Shown in pieces: positions 15,580 through 24,000 of a stretch of DNA of 24,000 nucleotides. Position numbers and translations under genes: made by a program. This DNA comes from Cyanobacterium stanieri PCC 7202 (GTDB lineage Bacteria > Cyanobacteriota > Cyanobacteriia > Cyanobacteriales > Cyanobacteriaceae): positions 1,845,547-1,869,546 of the forward strand of contig CP003940.1 in NCBI GenBank assembly GCA_000317655.1, read 5' to 3'. The notes below the pieces were generated by a model. It saw only the letters and a program-made list of their open reading frames with translations. It searched no databases and was not told the DNA's origin. Position 1 is the first letter of the stretch. The number at the start of each line of letters is the position of its first letter.

Positions 15580-16593
15580 GTGGTTAGAGTAGCTATTAAT
15601 GGTTTTGGAAGAATCGGACGTAACTTCTTACGTTGCCTATTAACCAGAGAAAACAGTGGTTTAGAATTAGTAGGAATCAACGATACTTCCGATCCTCATA
15701 CTAACGCACATCTTCTAAAATATGACTCCATGTTAGGAAGATTAGATGCAGACATTCAAGCTGATGAAAATTCTTTAATTGTTAACGGTAAAACTATTAA
15801 ATGTGTTTCAGATCGTAACCCTCTCAATTTGCCTTGGGCTGATTGGGGTGTAGATCTCGTGGTAGAATCCACCGGGGTATTTGTCACCGAAGAAGGTGCA
15901 TCCAAACACATCCAAGCAGGTGCAAAAAAAGTATTAATCACCGCCCCCGGTAAAGGTGGTAATGTGGGAACCTATGTAGTAGGTGTAAACCACGAAGATT
16001 ATGACCATGACAAGCACAATGTAGTTAGTAACGCTAGTTGTACCACCAACTGTTTAGCACCTGTGGCCAAAGTATTACACGAAAACTTTGGCATTATTAA
16101 AGGTACCATGACCACCACCCACAGTTACACTGGGGATCAACGCTTATTAGATGCTAGTCACAGAGACTTAAGACGTGCCCGCGCTGCCGCCATCAACATT
16201 GTACCTACTAGCACTGGTGCTGCCAAAGCCGTAGCTCTTGTATTACCTGATCTTAAAGGTAAATTAAATGGTATTGCTTTAAGGGTTCCTACTCCTAACG
16301 TTTCCATCGTTGATTTGGTAGTACAGGTAGAAAAAAGCACCATTGCTGAACAAGTGAATGATGTACTTAAAGAGGCTGCTGAAGGTTCTTTAAAAGGAAT
16401 TTTGGGTTATAACGAATTACCTCTAGTATCCTGTGATTATCGTGGTAGTGATGTATCTTCTATTGTTGATGCTAATTTAACCATGGTAATGGCTGGAGAT
16501 ATGGTTAAGGTTGTGGCTTGGTATGACAACGAATGGGGTTATTCTCAAAGGGTTGTGGATTTAGCTGAGTTAATCGCCAAGAAGTGGAAATAA
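15580..16593 (+). CDS. gap2: Glyceraldehyde-3-phosphate dehydrogenase, Calvin-cycle type (Gap2)
   Basis: [59 protein letters not shown] (catalytic Cys) and [13 protein letters not shown] start at 15580 with GAGGAA 10 nt upstream gives the typical 337 aa. The N-terminal extension from 15544 is not GAPDH-like. Confidence 0.9.
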   Translation: MVRVAINGFGRIGRNFLRCLLTRENSGLELVGINDTSDPHTNAHLLKYDSMLGRLDADIQADENSLIVNGKTIKCVSDRNPLNLPWADWGVDLVVESTGVFVTEEGASKHIQAGAKKVLITAPGKGGNVGTYVVGVNHEDYDHDKHNVVSNASCTTNCLAPVAKVLHENFGIIKGTMTTTHSYTGDQRLLDASHRDLRRARAAAINIVPTSTGAAKAVALVLPDLKGKLNGIALRVPTPNVSIVDLVVQVEKSTIAEQVNDVLKEAAEGSLKGILGYNELPLVSCDYRGSDVSSIVDANLTMVMAGDMVKVVAWYDNEWGYSQRVVDLAELIAKKWK

Positions 16594-16626
16594 GTTCGGT
16601 TAGTTGGTCATTGACTTGAGTTAAAG

Positions 16627-16654
16627 GAAGGGTAAACAACACCCTTCTTTTTTT
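16627..16654 (+). terminator. Rho-independent terminator of gap2
   Basis: GAAGGGT-aaacaac-ACCCTTC followed by T7. Confidence 0.75.
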
Positions 16655-16666
16655 ATGATTTAAAAA

Positions 16667-16701
16667 GGACATTCTGCCTTGGCAAAATGTCCCGCTTTTT
16701 T
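16667..16701 (+). terminator. Second (tandem) hairpin plus T-run downstream of gap2
   Basis: GGACATT (16667-16673) and AATGTCC (16686-16692), then CGC and T6. Confidence 0.45.
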
Positions 16702-16858
16702 ATATAGAGTTATATATGCTTAAGGTCTTTATATAAGCTGACCTCAATTTATCTTCGAAAACTATAATGACACATATCTAAAGTTTCCTTAATTTTCTTA
16801 ATATTTATTTAATATTTATTTTCAGATTTTGAAGAAATGGTAAGAAATGTTACAGATA

Positions 16859-17383
16859 TTAACTTTTATAAAGGGAAACACCTATTTTCTGGGATAACCA
16901 AACTTCAAAATTACGGATGGAAAAAAGAGGGCTTTTTGACATTTTTGATTCTCCCATCATGGGTTCTACAAAAATAGTAAACATTCCTAAACGATTTCCT
17001 GCCAGTACGTCGGTAAATAATCTGTCTCCTACCATGGCAACTTGTTCGATGGGGTGATTCATGGCGTTGACGGCTTGGCGTAGTTTTTTTCGGGATGGTT
17101 TTCTGGCACCAAATATGAAGGGTAATTCTAGGTTAGAGGCGATCGCACTGATACGACTTTTACTAAGATTATTACTCACCAACCATAAATCCACCAAAGG
17201 ACGAACTTCTTTCACCCAGTCCATCAATTCGGGGGAGAGGGTACTTTCTTTGAAGGGAACAAGGGTTTCATCCACATCTAATACTAAACCCTTTAAATCA
17301 TGCTTTTGAATTAAAGAAGGGCTTAAAGTAGTTACCACATCCCCTAAAACTAAATCAGGTTGTAACAGAAGAGATTTTGACAT
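16859..17383 (-). CDS. HAD-superfamily IIIA phosphatase, YqeG-like
   Basis: 174 aa. LKGLVLDVDETLVP (HAD motif I, DxD), LVSNN (motif II) and MVGDRLFTDVLAGN (motif IV). Confidence 0.7.
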   Translation of the reverse strand: MSKSLLLQPDLVLGDVVTTLSPSLIQKHDLKGLVLDVDETLVPFKESTLSPELMDWVKEVRPLVDLWLVSNNLSKSRISAIASNLELPFIFGARKPSRKKLRQAVNAMNHPIEQVAMVGDRLFTDVLAGNRLGMFTIFVEPMMGESKMSKSPLFSIRNFEVWLSQKIGVSLYKS

Positions 17384-17709
17384 AGAGAAATAAATAGATA
17401 AAATATTACAGACTTAGGCATTTTATCAAGATTCGGCAGGTCAAAAAACGAATTATTTTTATCCTAACTACGCCCATTGTATCCTGCTATACTTAAGTAT
17501 ACCCGTAGTGTAAAAATAAGATGAAAATACCACAAATAATGTAAAGACTATTTAAAGAAGCTAAAACGCTGATACTATATAGAAAAAATAAAGTCTCAGT
17601 ATTTTTACGGAAATTTGAAAAATAAGGGAAAAAATCAGTAAAGATACGTACGTTTTTGCAAAAAATTGGGTATGATTAGATCAACAGTTAAGTATACTGA
17701 GATAAAGCC

Positions 17710-18420
17710 ATGATGCTAATTAATCCCAAAAATCTTACAAAGTCCCCTTTCAACTTCAAAAGAACGTCTCGCATCGAAAACTTAAGCCATCAGTATGTTC
17801 AATTTAGTGAAGAACATTCTTCCATCAACAACCATTGGAAACGTTTAATTGATATTGTTGGTGCCTTCGTAGGATTAACTATTACTGGTATTATTTTTAT
17901 ACCCCTTGCCATTTGGATTTATCTTGATAATCCTGGTCCTATTCTCTATTCTCAAGTTAGATGTGGCTTGAATGGGAAAAGGTTTACCATTTGGAAGTTT
18001 CGTTCTATGACCGTGGGTGCAGATAAAAAACAACATTTAGTTAAAAATCATGCGGATGGTTTTATTTTTAAAAATCCCCAAGATCCCCGCATTACCCGTG
18101 TCGGCAAATTTTTGAGATGTACTAGCATTGATGAATTTCCCCAGTTTTGGAATGTTTTAATGGGAGAGATGAGCTTAGTAGGAACTCGTCCTCCTACTGC
18201 TGATGAAGTTGCGAAATACAATAACTATCATCTCCTTAGATTGAGAGTAAAGCCCGGCTTGACAGGGGAATGGCAAGTGAAAGGTCGCTCTAAATGTTTA
18301 AATTTTAATCAGGTAGTGGCGATGGATTTGGCTTATCAAGACAAGTGGACAGTATGGTATGATTTATACTTGATTTTCAAAACCATTGAGGTTGTCATTA
18401 AGCGCGAAGGGGCTTGTTAA
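17710..18420 (+). CDS. Polyprenyl-phosphate sugar phosphotransferase (bacterial sugar transferase family, WbaP/EpsL-like small form)
   Basis: 236 aa. KRLIDIVGAFVGL...PGPILYSQVRCGLNGKRFTIWKFRSM...DEFPQFWNVLMGEMSLVGTRPP...PGLTGEWQV is the canonical PF02397-type motif set. Confidence 0.85.
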   Translation: MMLINPKNLTKSPFNFKRTSRIENLSHQYVQFSEEHSSINNHWKRLIDIVGAFVGLTITGIIFIPLAIWIYLDNPGPILYSQVRCGLNGKRFTIWKFRSMTVGADKKQHLVKNHADGFIFKNPQDPRITRVGKFLRCTSIDEFPQFWNVLMGEMSLVGTRPPTADEVAKYNNYHLLRLRVKPGLTGEWQVKGRSKCLNFNQVVAMDLAYQDKWTVWYDLYLIFKTIEVVIKREGAC

Positions 18421-18427
18421 TTATTGG

Positions 18428-18946
18428 ATGAATCTTCCCAATACTATTACTTTAATTCGGATTGTTTTAATTATTCCTATTCTCTGGTGTTTGTATCAGC
18501 CAATAGAAATATATCAATGGTGGGCTTTCAGCTTATTTCTCATCGCTGCCCTAACGGATTGGTTAGATGGTTACCTAGCTCGAAAGTTGGATCAAATTAC
18601 GGATTTGGGCAAGTTTTTAGATCCCCTGACTGACAAAATTTTGGTCATTGCTCCTTTATTAGTTTTGATTGAGCGTCAAATAATTCCTGCTTGGGGAGTG
18701 TTTTTAATTTTAGTACGGGAAATTACTATCGCTGGATGGCGGGTAAATCCTCAACAAAAAACTGTTTCTGGGGCTAACCTCTGGGGTAAATTTAAGACTG
18801 TTACCCAAATAGGTGCGATCGCCCTTCTTCTTTTGCCTAAATATCCTTGGGCATTATCAACGGGGATAATAATATTTTGGCTCTCAGTAATATTAACCAT
18901 CATTTCAGGGTTAATTTACCTTATTCCCCCATCTTCAAAAACCTAG
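18428..18946 (+). CDS. pgsA: CDP-diacylglycerol--glycerol-3-phosphate 3-phosphatidyltransferase
   Basis: MNLPNTITLIRIVLIP... plus the CDP-alcohol phosphatidyltransferase motif DWLDGYLARKL...G.FLDPLTDKIL. I prefer ATG 18428, 7 nt after the sugar-transferase stop, to the start at 18386. Confidence 0.85.
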   Translation: MNLPNTITLIRIVLIIPILWCLYQPIEIYQWWAFSLFLIAALTDWLDGYLARKLDQITDLGKFLDPLTDKILVIAPLLVLIERQIIPAWGVFLILVREITIAGWRVNPQQKTVSGANLWGKFKTVTQIGAIALLLLPKYPWALSTGIIIFWLSVILTIISGLIYLIPPSSKT

Positions 18947-20106
18947 TATTCCTCCCTCAGCGAATCAAGACAACGAGGATCAATTAAGGTCGCCTTTTGT
19001 GGCTCTCGGGGAAACCAAAAAGCAGTTTTTTTACAAAACTCCACCAGCATCAACATTACAGGTACTTCGATTAATACCCCCACCACCGTAGCCAATGCCG
19101 CCCCAGAGTTTAGTCCGAATAACATTACCGCCGTTGCGATCGCCACTTCAAAATGATTACTCGCCCCAATTAAAGCCGCAGGTGCCGAATCCTCATAGGA
19201 TAGATTCATCTTCAAGGCAATGACATAGGTAATCAAAAAAATAAAATTAGTCTGCATAAACAAAGGAATTGCAATCAAAAGAATATGCAGAGGATTATTA
19301 ACAATCAATTCTCCCTTAAAAGCAAACAACAAAATAAGAGTAACCAACAAAGCCAATACTGCCACAGGGGAAAGATACTGTAAAAATTGCGACTCAAACC
19401 ACACCCTACCCTTATACTTAAAAATCCAGTATCGACTCATAACCCCCGCCAAAAAAGGCAAACCGACATATATCACCACAGAAAAAACAATAGTTTCCCA
19501 AGGCACCATCAAATTATTCGCAGACAATAACCATTGCCCCAAAGGTGCGTATAAAAACAGCATCGCCAGAGAATTAACCGCCACCATCACCAAAGTATGA
19601 CCTTGATTACCATAGGAAAGATAACCCCACATCAACACCATCGCCGTACAGGGTGCGATTCCTAATAAAATACAACCTGCCACATAGGAATCCGCCAAAG
19701 AAACCTCAACCCCTCGAACTATCTCGGTATCCGACAACAAATTACTAAAAACATAACCGAGAAAAAATTGAGCAAAAACTACCATGGAAAAAGGCTTTAT
19801 CAACCAATTCACCACCAAAGTCAAAATTACAGGCTTAGGAGTTTTAACCGCTTTGAGTGCCTGAGAAAAATCTATCTTCACCATAATAGGATACATCATG
19901 AAAAAAAGACAGATAGCAATGGGAATCGACACATTATAAACACTGATACTGTCCAAAGTCTGTGCAATATCGGGAAAAACCCTACCTAAACCAATGCCTA
20001 CAATAATACAAACGAAAACCCAGAGAGTTAGATATTTCTCAAAAAAACTTAGGTTACTTCCTGCTTTTACCGCTTTGGGGTTGATGTTTATAGCCATTGA
20101 AATCAA
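18943..20106 (-). CDS. acr3: Arsenite efflux permease, ACR3 family
   Basis: 387 aa, polytopic. LSFFEKYLTLWVFVCIIVGIGLG and the rest of the sequence look typical of ACR3/ArsB(Acr3). It lies downstream of arsR on the same strand. Confidence 0.85.
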   Translation of the reverse strand: MISMAININPKAVKAGSNLSFFEKYLTLWVFVCIIVGIGLGRVFPDIAQTLDSISVYNVSIPIAICLFFMMYPIMVKIDFSQALKAVKTPKPVILTLVVNWLIKPFSMVVFAQFFLGYVFSNLLSDTEIVRGVEVSLADSYVAGCILLGIAPCTAMVLMWGYLSYGNQGHTLVMVAVNSLAMLFLYAPLGQWLLSANNLMVPWETIVFSVVIYVGLPFLAGVMSRYWIFKYKGRVWFESQFLQYLSPVAVLALLVTLILLFAFKGELIVNNPLHILLIAIPLFMQTNFIFLITYVIALKMNLSYEDSAPAALIGASNHFEVAIATAVMLFGLNSGAALATVVGVLIEVPVMLMLVEFCKKTAFWFPREPQKATLIDPRCLDSLREEY

Positions 20107-20229
20107 TTTTTTTTATTTTAATCTTGACTTGATAACAATCTACTTTCTCTAAAAAAAGGGAAAAAAGAAAAATAAATTATTATACTCATCATATTATAAC
20201 AAAAAAACTTGTTCTATAAGTCCCTTGAA

Positions 20230-20577
20230 TCAATCACAACATTTTCTCGAAGGCACTAGGGAAGTCATGCGGCGAAAATCTGCCAGATATTGTTCTAAAA
20301 CGACTAATTGCGGTAAATTTAAGCTGTAATAAATCCATCTTCCCTCTTGACGAGTCCTTACCAAACCAGCTTCCTTGAGAGTTTTTAGGTGAAAAGATAA
20401 CTTTGATTGGCTTATATTTAAAACTTCTAACAACTCACAGACACACAATTCTTGAGTCCTTAATAAATCTAACACTTCAATTCTAATGGAGTCAGATAAG
20501 GCATGAAAGCCTTTTTTTATCGTGGATTTATCTGCTACTTCTGTAATGGTCATCAAAACTATATTATAAAGGTTCAA
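20230..20577 (-). CDS. arsR: ArsR/SmtB-family metalloregulator (arsenite-responsive type with CVC motif)
   Basis: HALSDSIRIEVLDLLRTQELCVCELLEVLNISQSKLSFHLKTLKEAGLV is a winged HTH with an ELCVCEL metalloid-binding motif. There are extra C-terminal Cys-Cys residues. Confidence 0.85.
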   Translation of the reverse strand: MNLYNIVLMTITEVADKSTIKKGFHALSDSIRIEVLDLLRTQELCVCELLEVLNISQSKLSFHLKTLKEAGLVRTRQEGRWIYYSLNLPQLVVLEQYLADFRRMTSLVPSRKCCD

Positions 20578-21144
20578 AACTCAACTATAACAATTAACTA
20601 TCAACAATAGGGATTGATCAAAGTTAATTTGTATAGTATTTTGCCTCTATTTATGAAATATTGAACATCAGTAACAAATATTGGGCCTATTATTTGGCAC
20701 AGGTTTAAACCCCTTATCTCTAAATTCTTTATAAGTCATTTTGGATTCCTTGATTCTTACTTATTATATAAAATTTGACTCAATATTGATAGTTATGCTA
20801 TGATTAAAGTCAGCTAAATTACTGCATTAATTGAGTAATTTAAATAGTCAAACTTAAAGGTAACTTATAATACATAATTTTGTTTAAGAGGAAAAAAGCC
20901 TAATATCTAAAAACATTATTTTGTATTTTTAAATATATGATTATATTTGAATACTGATTTAGAAGAAAGATATTAAAACCACGAAAAAAGATGTAAAATA
21001 TATTAAATATTATAGTAAATTAACGTTTTTGTTTAATTTAAAATGCAAAAACAAACTTACTTTTACTTATTAACATCAAATAAAAATTACTAATTACTAT
21101 AATTGGTAAAAAAATACTGTAATTATTCATAAAACATAAAAAAC

Positions 21145-22626
21145 ATGAAATCATCCCTCGTAATTCTCTATCATCGTCAACCCTATGACGAAGTAATCGA
21201 AAACGGAAAAACTTTTTATCGTGATAAAAAAAGCCCTAATGGCATCGTTCCCACCCTAAGAAGTTTCTTTAACAGTGTTGATAAAGGAACTTGGATTGCA
21301 TGGCGACAAGTATCCAAAAAAGAACAGGCTAACTTTCAGGAAAGGGTACAAGTAGAACAGGAAAACTCTAACTATAGTGTATTGAGGATTCCCCTTTCTG
21401 CTGATCAAGTCAAAGAGTTTTATCATATTACCTCCAAGGAGGCATTTTGGCCCATTCTCCACTCCTTCCCTTATCATTTCACTTCTGAATCTTCTGAATG
21501 GGAAAACTTTAAGGAAATCAACCGCTTATTTGCTGAGGCGGCTTGTAAAGAAGCGGCTGACGATGCCTTAATTTGGGTACATGATTATAATCTATGGTTG
21601 GCACCTAAATATATTAGGGAAATGAAGCCTAATGCTAGAATTGCTTTCTTCCACCATACTCCTTTCCCTTCGGTGGATGTATTTAATATTCTGCCTTGGC
21701 GTGAAGAGATTGTTTCTAGTTTATTATGTTGTGACGTGGTTGGTTTCCATATCCCCCGTTATTCAGAAAACTTTGTCAATGTAACCCGCAGTTTATTACC
21801 TGTGGAAGTATTGGAAAGACAACCTGTACAAGGACATTTTACGACTTCTGGAACCGCTTTAGCCGAGCCAGAAATGGTAACTAAGTTAGGTTATAAGGGG
21901 CAAGAGGTAACTATCGATGCTTTCCCTGTGGGTACTAATCCTGATTATATTGCTTCTGTGTTAGCAACTCCCGAAGCCCAGAAAAAATATGAGGAAATTA
22001 AGGCTGAGTTACACGGACGTAAGTTGATTATTGCCGCAGGTAGAATTGATTATGTGAAGGGTAATCAGGAGATGTTGGAGGCTTTTGGTCGTTTGTTGGA
22101 ACGTCGTCCTGAGTTACATGGTAAGGTTAATTTCCTTGTTAGTTGTGTGTCGGCGGCGGCTGGTATGAGGGTATATAAGACTACTCAAAATAAAATTGAG
22201 CAGTTGGTAGGACAGATTAATGGTAAGTTTGCCCGTTTAGATTGGACTCCGATTATTTTGTTTACCCAGCCCATTCCCTTTGGTGATTTGTTGGCTTATT
22301 ATAAGGCGGCGGATATTTGTTGGACTACTCCCCTGCGGGATGGTTTAAATTTGGTGGCGAAGGAATATGTTTCGGCACATAAGGATGAGAGTGGTGTCTT
22401 AATTCTTTCTGAGTTTGTAGGGGCGGCAGTGGAATTACCTCAAGCTCTGTTGACTAATCCTTATTCGGTTACTCGTATGGATATGGCTATTGATCGGGCT
22501 TTGGAAATGCCAGAAGATGAGCAAAAAGAGCGTATAGAAGCTATGTATAAAACTGTGTCTACCTATGATGTCAAGTATTGGGGCGATCGCCTCTTAAAGG
22601 TATTTGGCAACATTCCGACAAAATAA
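21145..22626 (+). CDS. ggpS: Glucosylglycerol-phosphate synthase (GT20 family)
   Basis: 493 aa. The N-terminus MKSSLVILYHRQPYDEVIENGKTFYRDKKSPNGIVPTLRSFF closely resembles the Synechocystis GgpS N-terminus as I recall it. GT20 motifs present: VHDYNLWLAP, FFHHTPFPS and DGLNLVAKEY. Confidence 0.85.
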   Translation: MKSSLVILYHRQPYDEVIENGKTFYRDKKSPNGIVPTLRSFFNSVDKGTWIAWRQVSKKEQANFQERVQVEQENSNYSVLRIPLSADQVKEFYHITSKEAFWPILHSFPYHFTSESSEWENFKEINRLFAEAACKEAADDALIWVHDYNLWLAPKYIREMKPNARIAFFHHTPFPSVDVFNILPWREEIVSSLLCCDVVGFHIPRYSENFVNVTRSLLPVEVLERQPVQGHFTTSGTALAEPEMVTKLGYKGQEVTIDAFPVGTNPDYIASVLATPEAQKKYEEIKAELHGRKLIIAAGRIDYVKGNQEMLEAFGRLLERRPELHGKVNFLVSCVSAAAGMRVYKTTQNKIEQLVGQINGKFARLDWTPIILFTQPIPFGDLLAYYKAADICWTTPLRDGLNLVAKEYVSAHKDESGVLILSEFVGAAVELPQALLTNPYSVTRMDMAIDRALEMPEDEQKERIEAMYKTVSTYDVKYWGDRLLKVFGNIPTK

Positions 22627-22658
22627 AGATTGTTTGGTTAACGCTTCAAATAAAGAGT

Positions 22659-22685
22659 GAGGGGAAATATTTACCCCTCTTTTTT
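22659..22685 (+). terminator. Rho-independent terminator of ggpS
   Basis: GAGGGG-aaatattta-CCCCTC followed by T6. Confidence 0.7.
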
Positions 22686-22715
22686 ATGTATCGAAATGAT
22701 TGATTACCAATCAAT

Positions 22716-22886
22716 TTAAAAACGAGTAAAACTCGCGAAAGTATATCCTAAAAATAAACCAATTACCATTGCCCAAACCTGTCCTGATTCGACAAAATTA
22801 TTCCACGCATTAGTAATTTGACCGATAATATCAGGATCTTCGATCATTTGAGCAAATAAATAAACGGAAAAATCGGCAAGTGTCAT
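22716..22886 (-). CDS. Small hypothetical membrane protein, 56 aa, absent from the ORF track
   Basis: MTLADFSVYLFAQMIEDPDIIGQITNAWNNFVESGQVWAMVIGLFLGYTFASFTRF: an amphipathic N-terminal part plus one C-terminal TM helix. ATG start and TAA stop. It fills an otherwise empty gap between ggpS and nadA. Confidence 0.45.
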   Translation of the reverse strand: MTLADFSVYLFAQMIEDPDIIGQITNAWNNFVESGQVWAMVIGLFLGYTFASFTRF

Positions 22887-23058
22887 AAAATTATAAATTT
22901 ATTTAAAATCAATCCCCTTCAAATTATATATCAAAGCTCAAAAATCAATCATCAAAACCATTTCTTATGGTCTAAGAACCATACCCTGTTCCCCAATGGG
23001 GCTTATTCACGATATGATGGTATTAACTTTTATTAAATCCCCGACGGTTGTTTAGATC

Positions 23059-24000
23059 ATGTTTACTGCTACTCCCCCCCGTAAGATTGAAAATAATATT
23101 CCCGATGATTTATTCAGTGCGATCGCCCTTTTAAAGGAAGAATTAAACGCTGTAATCCTTGCCCACTACTACCAAGAAGGAGACATTCAAGATATAGCAG
23201 ACTATATTGGCGACTCCCTCGGTTTATCACAACAGGCCGCCAACACCTCCGCTGATGTAATTCTCTTTGCAGGGGTACACTTCATGGCAGAAACTGCCAA
23301 AATTTTAAACCCAGATAAATTAGTCTTACTGCCCGATTTAGAGGCAGGATGTTCCCTCGCCGACAGTTGCCCCCCCGATGCCTTTGCCCAATTTAAAGCC
23401 CAACACCCCGATCATATTGTTATCTCCTACATCAACTGTACCGCAGAAATAAAAGCCCTGAGTGATATTATCTGCACCAGTTCCAACGCTGTTTCTATTG
23501 TCAATCAAATTCCCCCAGAACAAAAAATTATCTTTGCTCCTGATAAAAATTTAGGTCGTTATGTCAGCGAACAAACAGGACGAGATTTGGTACTTTGGGA
23601 TGGTAGCTGCATTGTTCATGAAACTTTTTCGGAAAAAAGAATTGTTGAGCTAAAGGTTCAAAACCCCGATGCCCAAATACTAGCCCATCCCGAATGTGAA
23701 ACCCCCGTATTACGCCATGCTGATTACATTGGTTCAACCACTGCTCTTTTAAAATATTCTCAGGGTAGTGAATGCGATAAATTTATCATCGCCACCGAAC
23801 CAGGGATTATTCACCAGATGCAAAAACAAGCCCCTCACAAAGTTTTTATTCCCGCCCCCTCCACCAGCAACTGCAACTGCAATGAATGCCCTTATATGAG
23901 GCTTAATACCCTCGAAAAAGTATATCTTGCCCTCAAAAATAAAACCCCAGAGATTATTATCCCTGAACCGACCAGAAGTAAAGCATTAAAACCCATTCAA
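23059..24000 (+). CDS. nadA: Quinolinate synthase NadA (3' end runs out of the window)
   Basis: [61 protein letters not shown]...CSLADSC...[20 protein letters not shown]...CIVHE. These are NadA signature blocks including the Fe-S cluster cysteines. The frame is open to base 24000. Confidence 0.9.
   Translation, partial: MFTATPPRKIENNIPDDLFSAIALLKEELNAVILAHYYQEGDIQDIADYIGDSLGLSQQAANTSADVILFAGVHFMAETAKILNPDKLVLLPDLEAGCSLADSCPPDAFAQFKAQHPDHIVISYINCTAEIKALSDIICTSSNAVSIVNQIPPEQKIIFAPDKNLGRYVSEQTGRDLVLWDGSCIVHETFSEKRIVELKVQNPDAQILAHPECETPVLRHADYIGSTTALLKYSQGSECDKFIIATEPGIIHQMQKQAPHKVFIPAPSTSNCNCNECPYMRLNTLEKVYLALKNKTPEIIIPEPTRSKALKPIQ

Noticed and set aside
16798-16819. 11-bp tandem repeat TTAATATTTAT x2 downstream of gap2
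   Set aside because: It is real, but it is a trivial low-complexity AT repeat in an AT-rich spacer, and nothing suggests a function.
20668-20739. 23-aa ORF (MTYKEFRDKGFKPVPNNRPNICY) with AAGGAA 8 nt upstream, lying upstream of arsR
   Set aside because: It is too short, sits in very AT-rich DNA and I recognise no homology. It could be checked by ribosome profiling, but the sequence alone does not support it.
20740-21144. Search for a GgpR-like small regulator ORF upstream of ggpS
   Set aside because: Only ORFs of 30 aa or fewer, driven by AT-rich composition, were found on either strand, so none can be supported.
15756-23523. Remaining short track ORFs inside gap2 (15756-15941, 16158-16343), the HAD gene (17061-17309), pgsA (18424-18633), acr3 (19768-19989), ggpS (21256-21477) and nadA (23338-23523)
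   Set aside because: All are alternative-frame or antisense ORFs of about 60-80 aa within genes with strong family signatures.
1-24000. CRISPR arrays, rRNA genes, prophage or integron structures
   Set aside because: No regularly spaced direct repeats of 25-40 bp, no rRNA-like sequence and no phage structural or integrase genes were seen on either strand.

Overview
Cyanobacterial chromosomal window. It is AT-rich and has at least 15 perfect HIP1 palindromes (GCGATCGC) counted by eye. Marker genes are psaF-psaJ, gap2, ggpS, tsaD and nadA. It is probably a unicellular, moderately halotolerant strain of the Cyanobacterium/Geminocystis type, but that assignment is inference only. Most of the window is ordinary housekeeping content: Hanks-type Ser/Thr kinase, tRNA-Ser(GGA), PPOX-class flavoprotein, GH57 hydrolase, GT4 glycosyltransferase, TsaD, PsaF/PsaJ, Gap2, YqeG-type HAD phosphatase, sugar phosphotransferase plus PgsA, ArsR-Acr3, GgpS and NadA. 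Non-routine content: (1) A tightly packed three-gene minus-strand module (9214-11800) encodes a MotA/TolQ/ExbB-family channel protein with a C-terminal tail of roughly 230 aa that looks coiled-coil, plus two divergent ExbD/TolR-like single-pass proteins. Only one of the two keeps the transmembrane Asp. This is my best candidate for a poorly described ion-driven 5:2-motor-type system. (2) Two IS200/IS605-family TnpB elements are present: a 3' fragment at 1-379 and a full-length copy at 11882-13156. They share a terminal stem-loop/GGAGnGTCAA end consistent with omega-RNA scaffolds. The second copy sits head-to-head with an unannotated 49-aa ribbon-helix-helix ORF. (3) Two genes, an RluE-type pseudouridine synthase and the full-length tnpB, are each broken by a one-base shift into the -1 frame inside a poly-A run. 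That points to homopolymer sequencing errors, real decay or slippage. (4) Smaller items: a stand-alone ArgRS-like DALR-domain protein, a PEP-CTERM sorting-signal protein with no exosortase in the window, a long AT-rich region of about 570 bp upstream of ggpS, and several palindromes and tandem repeats in intergenic regions. No CRISPR array and no rRNA were seen. All coordinates of small motifs were counted by hand.
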